DNA of 63,466 nt, filler included, from Chiloscyllium plagiosum (lineage: Eukaryota), in the NCBI RefSeq assembly GCF_004010195.1. It is 4 parts of one record of this genome, joined end to end, with 100 filler letters (N's around TTAATTAATTAA, not from the genome) between each part and the next. Parts side by side here need not be neighbours in the genome. Positions count along the whole stretch, not along the records: positions 50,682 to 63,466 come from NC_057712.1; 3 more parts are not named here. One strand, written 5' to 3'. Below are positions 61,690 through 63,466 of this stretch, piece by piece; the first letter of the stretch is position 1; each line of letters starts with the position of its first letter. The translations under genes and the position numbers were made by a program. The notes under the pieces are model-generated. The model saw nothing but the letters and a program-made list of their open reading frames with translations. It was not told where the DNA came from and ran no database searches.

Positions 61690-62120
61690 GGGAAGAAGCT
61701 TTTCTTGAACCTGTTGGTGTGTTTTAGTCTTTTGTACCTTCTGCCTGACGGAAGAGATTATAACTGGGGTGGGAGGGGTCTTTGATGATGTTGGCTGCCT
61801 TTCTGAGGCAGCGAGATGTATAGAAGAAGCCAATGGATGTAAGGTTGGAAGGTTGGCTTGCGTGATGGACTGGGCTGTGTTCACAACTCTCTATAGTTTC
61901 TCACGGTCCTGGGCAGAGCAGTTGCCGTACCAAGCTGTGATGCACCCAAATAGAATGCTTTCTGTGCTACATCAATAAAAGCTGGTGAGGGTCCTTATGG
62001 ACTTGCCAAATTTCCTCAGCCTCTTGAGGAAGAAGAGGCAGTGTTGTGCCTTCTTGAGCAATGCAACAACATGGGTGGTCCAGGACGATTTTTGGTGATC
62101 GTCACTCCCAGAAGCTTATC
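61690..62120 (-). mobile_element. Rex1/Babar-like LINE ORF2 3' fragment, preceded by SINE piece (61527-61610) and PLE tail piece (61613-61688)
   Basis: rc 'gaaagcattctatttgggtgcatcacagcttggtacggcaactgc' = ESILFGCITAWYGNC, typical of Rex1 ORF2. Confidence 0.75.
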
Positions 62121-62521
62121 ATCTGTATTCCCACAGAAGAAAAGTGACTGATCTTTCAAAGGTATGTTGCCAGATTTTATAATAATTAATAATAAAAAGG
62201 TCAAAAAGGCTCTATTTCTCTTTTACAGATGTGAGGAATTTAAAGATATGATACTTAACTCAGCCGAAAAAATGCAGAAACTCCTTATTTCTTGCCCAAG
62301 TAAAATATACAAAACACATTCTTCCTAATGTACTGGGCAGAAAGCAAACAGCCCACTAATATTGCTCAGGACTGAGGCAACTAGCAACCAAATGCAACTT
62401 TGATGTCACAGGAAAGAGACAGAGAGCTGTCAGAGTACTGTCGCTTTCTGAATGCAGAGCTACTGAAGTTGAGGTTGCCATCAATAACTACCAAATTCCT
62501 GGAAAGACTGTGCATTGCTAA

Positions 62522-62825
62522 CATAGAATCCCTAGAGTATGGAAACAGGCCATTAGGCCCAACAAGTCCATACTGACCCTCCAAGAGTAACCCACCCAGA
62601 CCCATTCCTCTACACTTAGCCCTGACTAATGCACCTAACCTACACATCCCTGAACACTGCGGGCAATTTAGCATGGCCAATTCTCCCTAACCTGCACATC
62701 TTTGGACTGTGGGAGGAAACCTGCAGAGAACGTGCAAACTCCACACAAGTCACCAGAGGTTGGGAATTGAACCCAGGTCCCTAGCACTGTGAGGCAGCAG
62801 TGCTCAGCACTGAGCCACCATGCCA
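62522..62825 (-). mobile_element. HE1-like V-SINE
   Basis: Head/V-domain/tail as above. Confidence 0.85.
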
Positions 62826-62904
62826 TCTACATGCAGGAATCTATCTGCAAAGTAACAACATAAGTCACACAGAGCAGTGACTTGATGAACAATATTTCCA
62901 ATGG

Positions 62905-63144
62905 GTGGCACGGTGGCTCACAGCTCCAGGGACCCAGGTTTGATTCCACCCTCGGGTAACTGTTTGAAGTTTGCACTTTCTCCCAATGTCTGTGCAAGTA
63001 CCATCTGGGTGCTCCGGTTACCTCACACAAACCAAAGATGTGCAGGTCAGGCGAATTGCCTATGCTAAATTGCCCTTAGTGTTAGGTGCATTAGTCAGGG
63101 ATAAATATAAGATGGGGAATGGGTCTGGGTGGGTTACTCTTTGG
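62905..63144 (+). mobile_element. HE1-like V-SINE truncated by PLE insertion
   Basis: 'gtggcacggtggctca..gggacccaggtttgattcc..gggttactctttgg'. Confidence 0.8.
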
Positions 63145-63466
63145 AGTCTGTACTGTTTGTCCTGTTCGGGTCTGAACTCTGCTGGTTTAAAGGTGGTCTG
63201 GAGTGCCTGCCTCCGTAACCAACTCATCCCACACGGACTCCGGACCACCTTTAAACCAGCAGAGTTCGGACCCGAACAGGACAAACAGTACAGACTACAG
63301 ATTCAAAAACACCAGCAACAGTTCTCCTTCAAGATCCTCCGCTCCACGCTTGCAGCAATGCGCCGGCACCTAACCTCTCTACAGTCTGCCCTGCCTCAGC
63401 TGAGGGGCACACTCTCTCAGAATTGCAAAGGACCCACTCTGTACTACATCCTCAGGAGAATTCATA
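63145..63466 (+). mobile_element. 5' part of a PLE ORF with 60-bp inverted duplication at its junction; runs off window
   Basis: Open frame SACLRNQLIPHGLRTTFKPAEFGPEQDKQYRLQIQKHQQQFSFKILRSTLAAMRRH... resembles the PLE N-terminal 'C....IPxGL' (cf. 36900). Confidence 0.65.

Noticed and set aside
62229..62299. Possible exon after a strong acceptor (tttctcttttacag), peptide CEEFKDMILNSAEKMQKLLISCP
   Set aside because: Weak donor, no recognisable homology and no partner exons; unsupported without RNA-seq.
1..63466. CRISPR arrays, operons or other prokaryotic systems
   Set aside because: No regularly spaced repeat-spacer array or prokaryotic genes; content is vertebrate repeat DNA.

Overview
63.5 kb of repeat-dominated, apparently gene-free (intronic or intergenic) vertebrate DNA. 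The repeat inventory points to an elasmobranch (shark); this is inference. It comprises HER1/CR1 LINEs, HE1/V-domain tRNA-SINEs sharing the CR1 3' tail, Deu-domain SINEs, Rex1-like and L2-like ends, Harbinger relics and abundant Penelope-like elements (PLEs). I found no recognisable host exon. Nearly all ORFs in the track are decayed CR1 ORF2/ORF1, PLE RT/GIY-YIG or SINE read-through. There are four assembly gaps, three of them with an artificial TTAATTAATTAA linker. The most interesting signal is a PLE system. About 20 complete or partial minimal hammerhead-ribozyme motifs (CUGANGA-helix II-GAAA) occur in four sequence families, whose intact copies have a self-complementary helix-III tetramer (ACGU or AGCU). 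They sit on a near full-length PLE and on many short non-coding fold-back insertions. These insertions consist of two head-to-head pseudo-LTR arms, one with and one without the ~35-40 nt tail, and most are flanked by 12-15 bp target-site duplications. Minimal PLE hammerheads and inverted pLTRs are known in other animals; the density and regularity of these fold-back mini-elements here merit follow-up. Coordinates of decayed elements are approximate.
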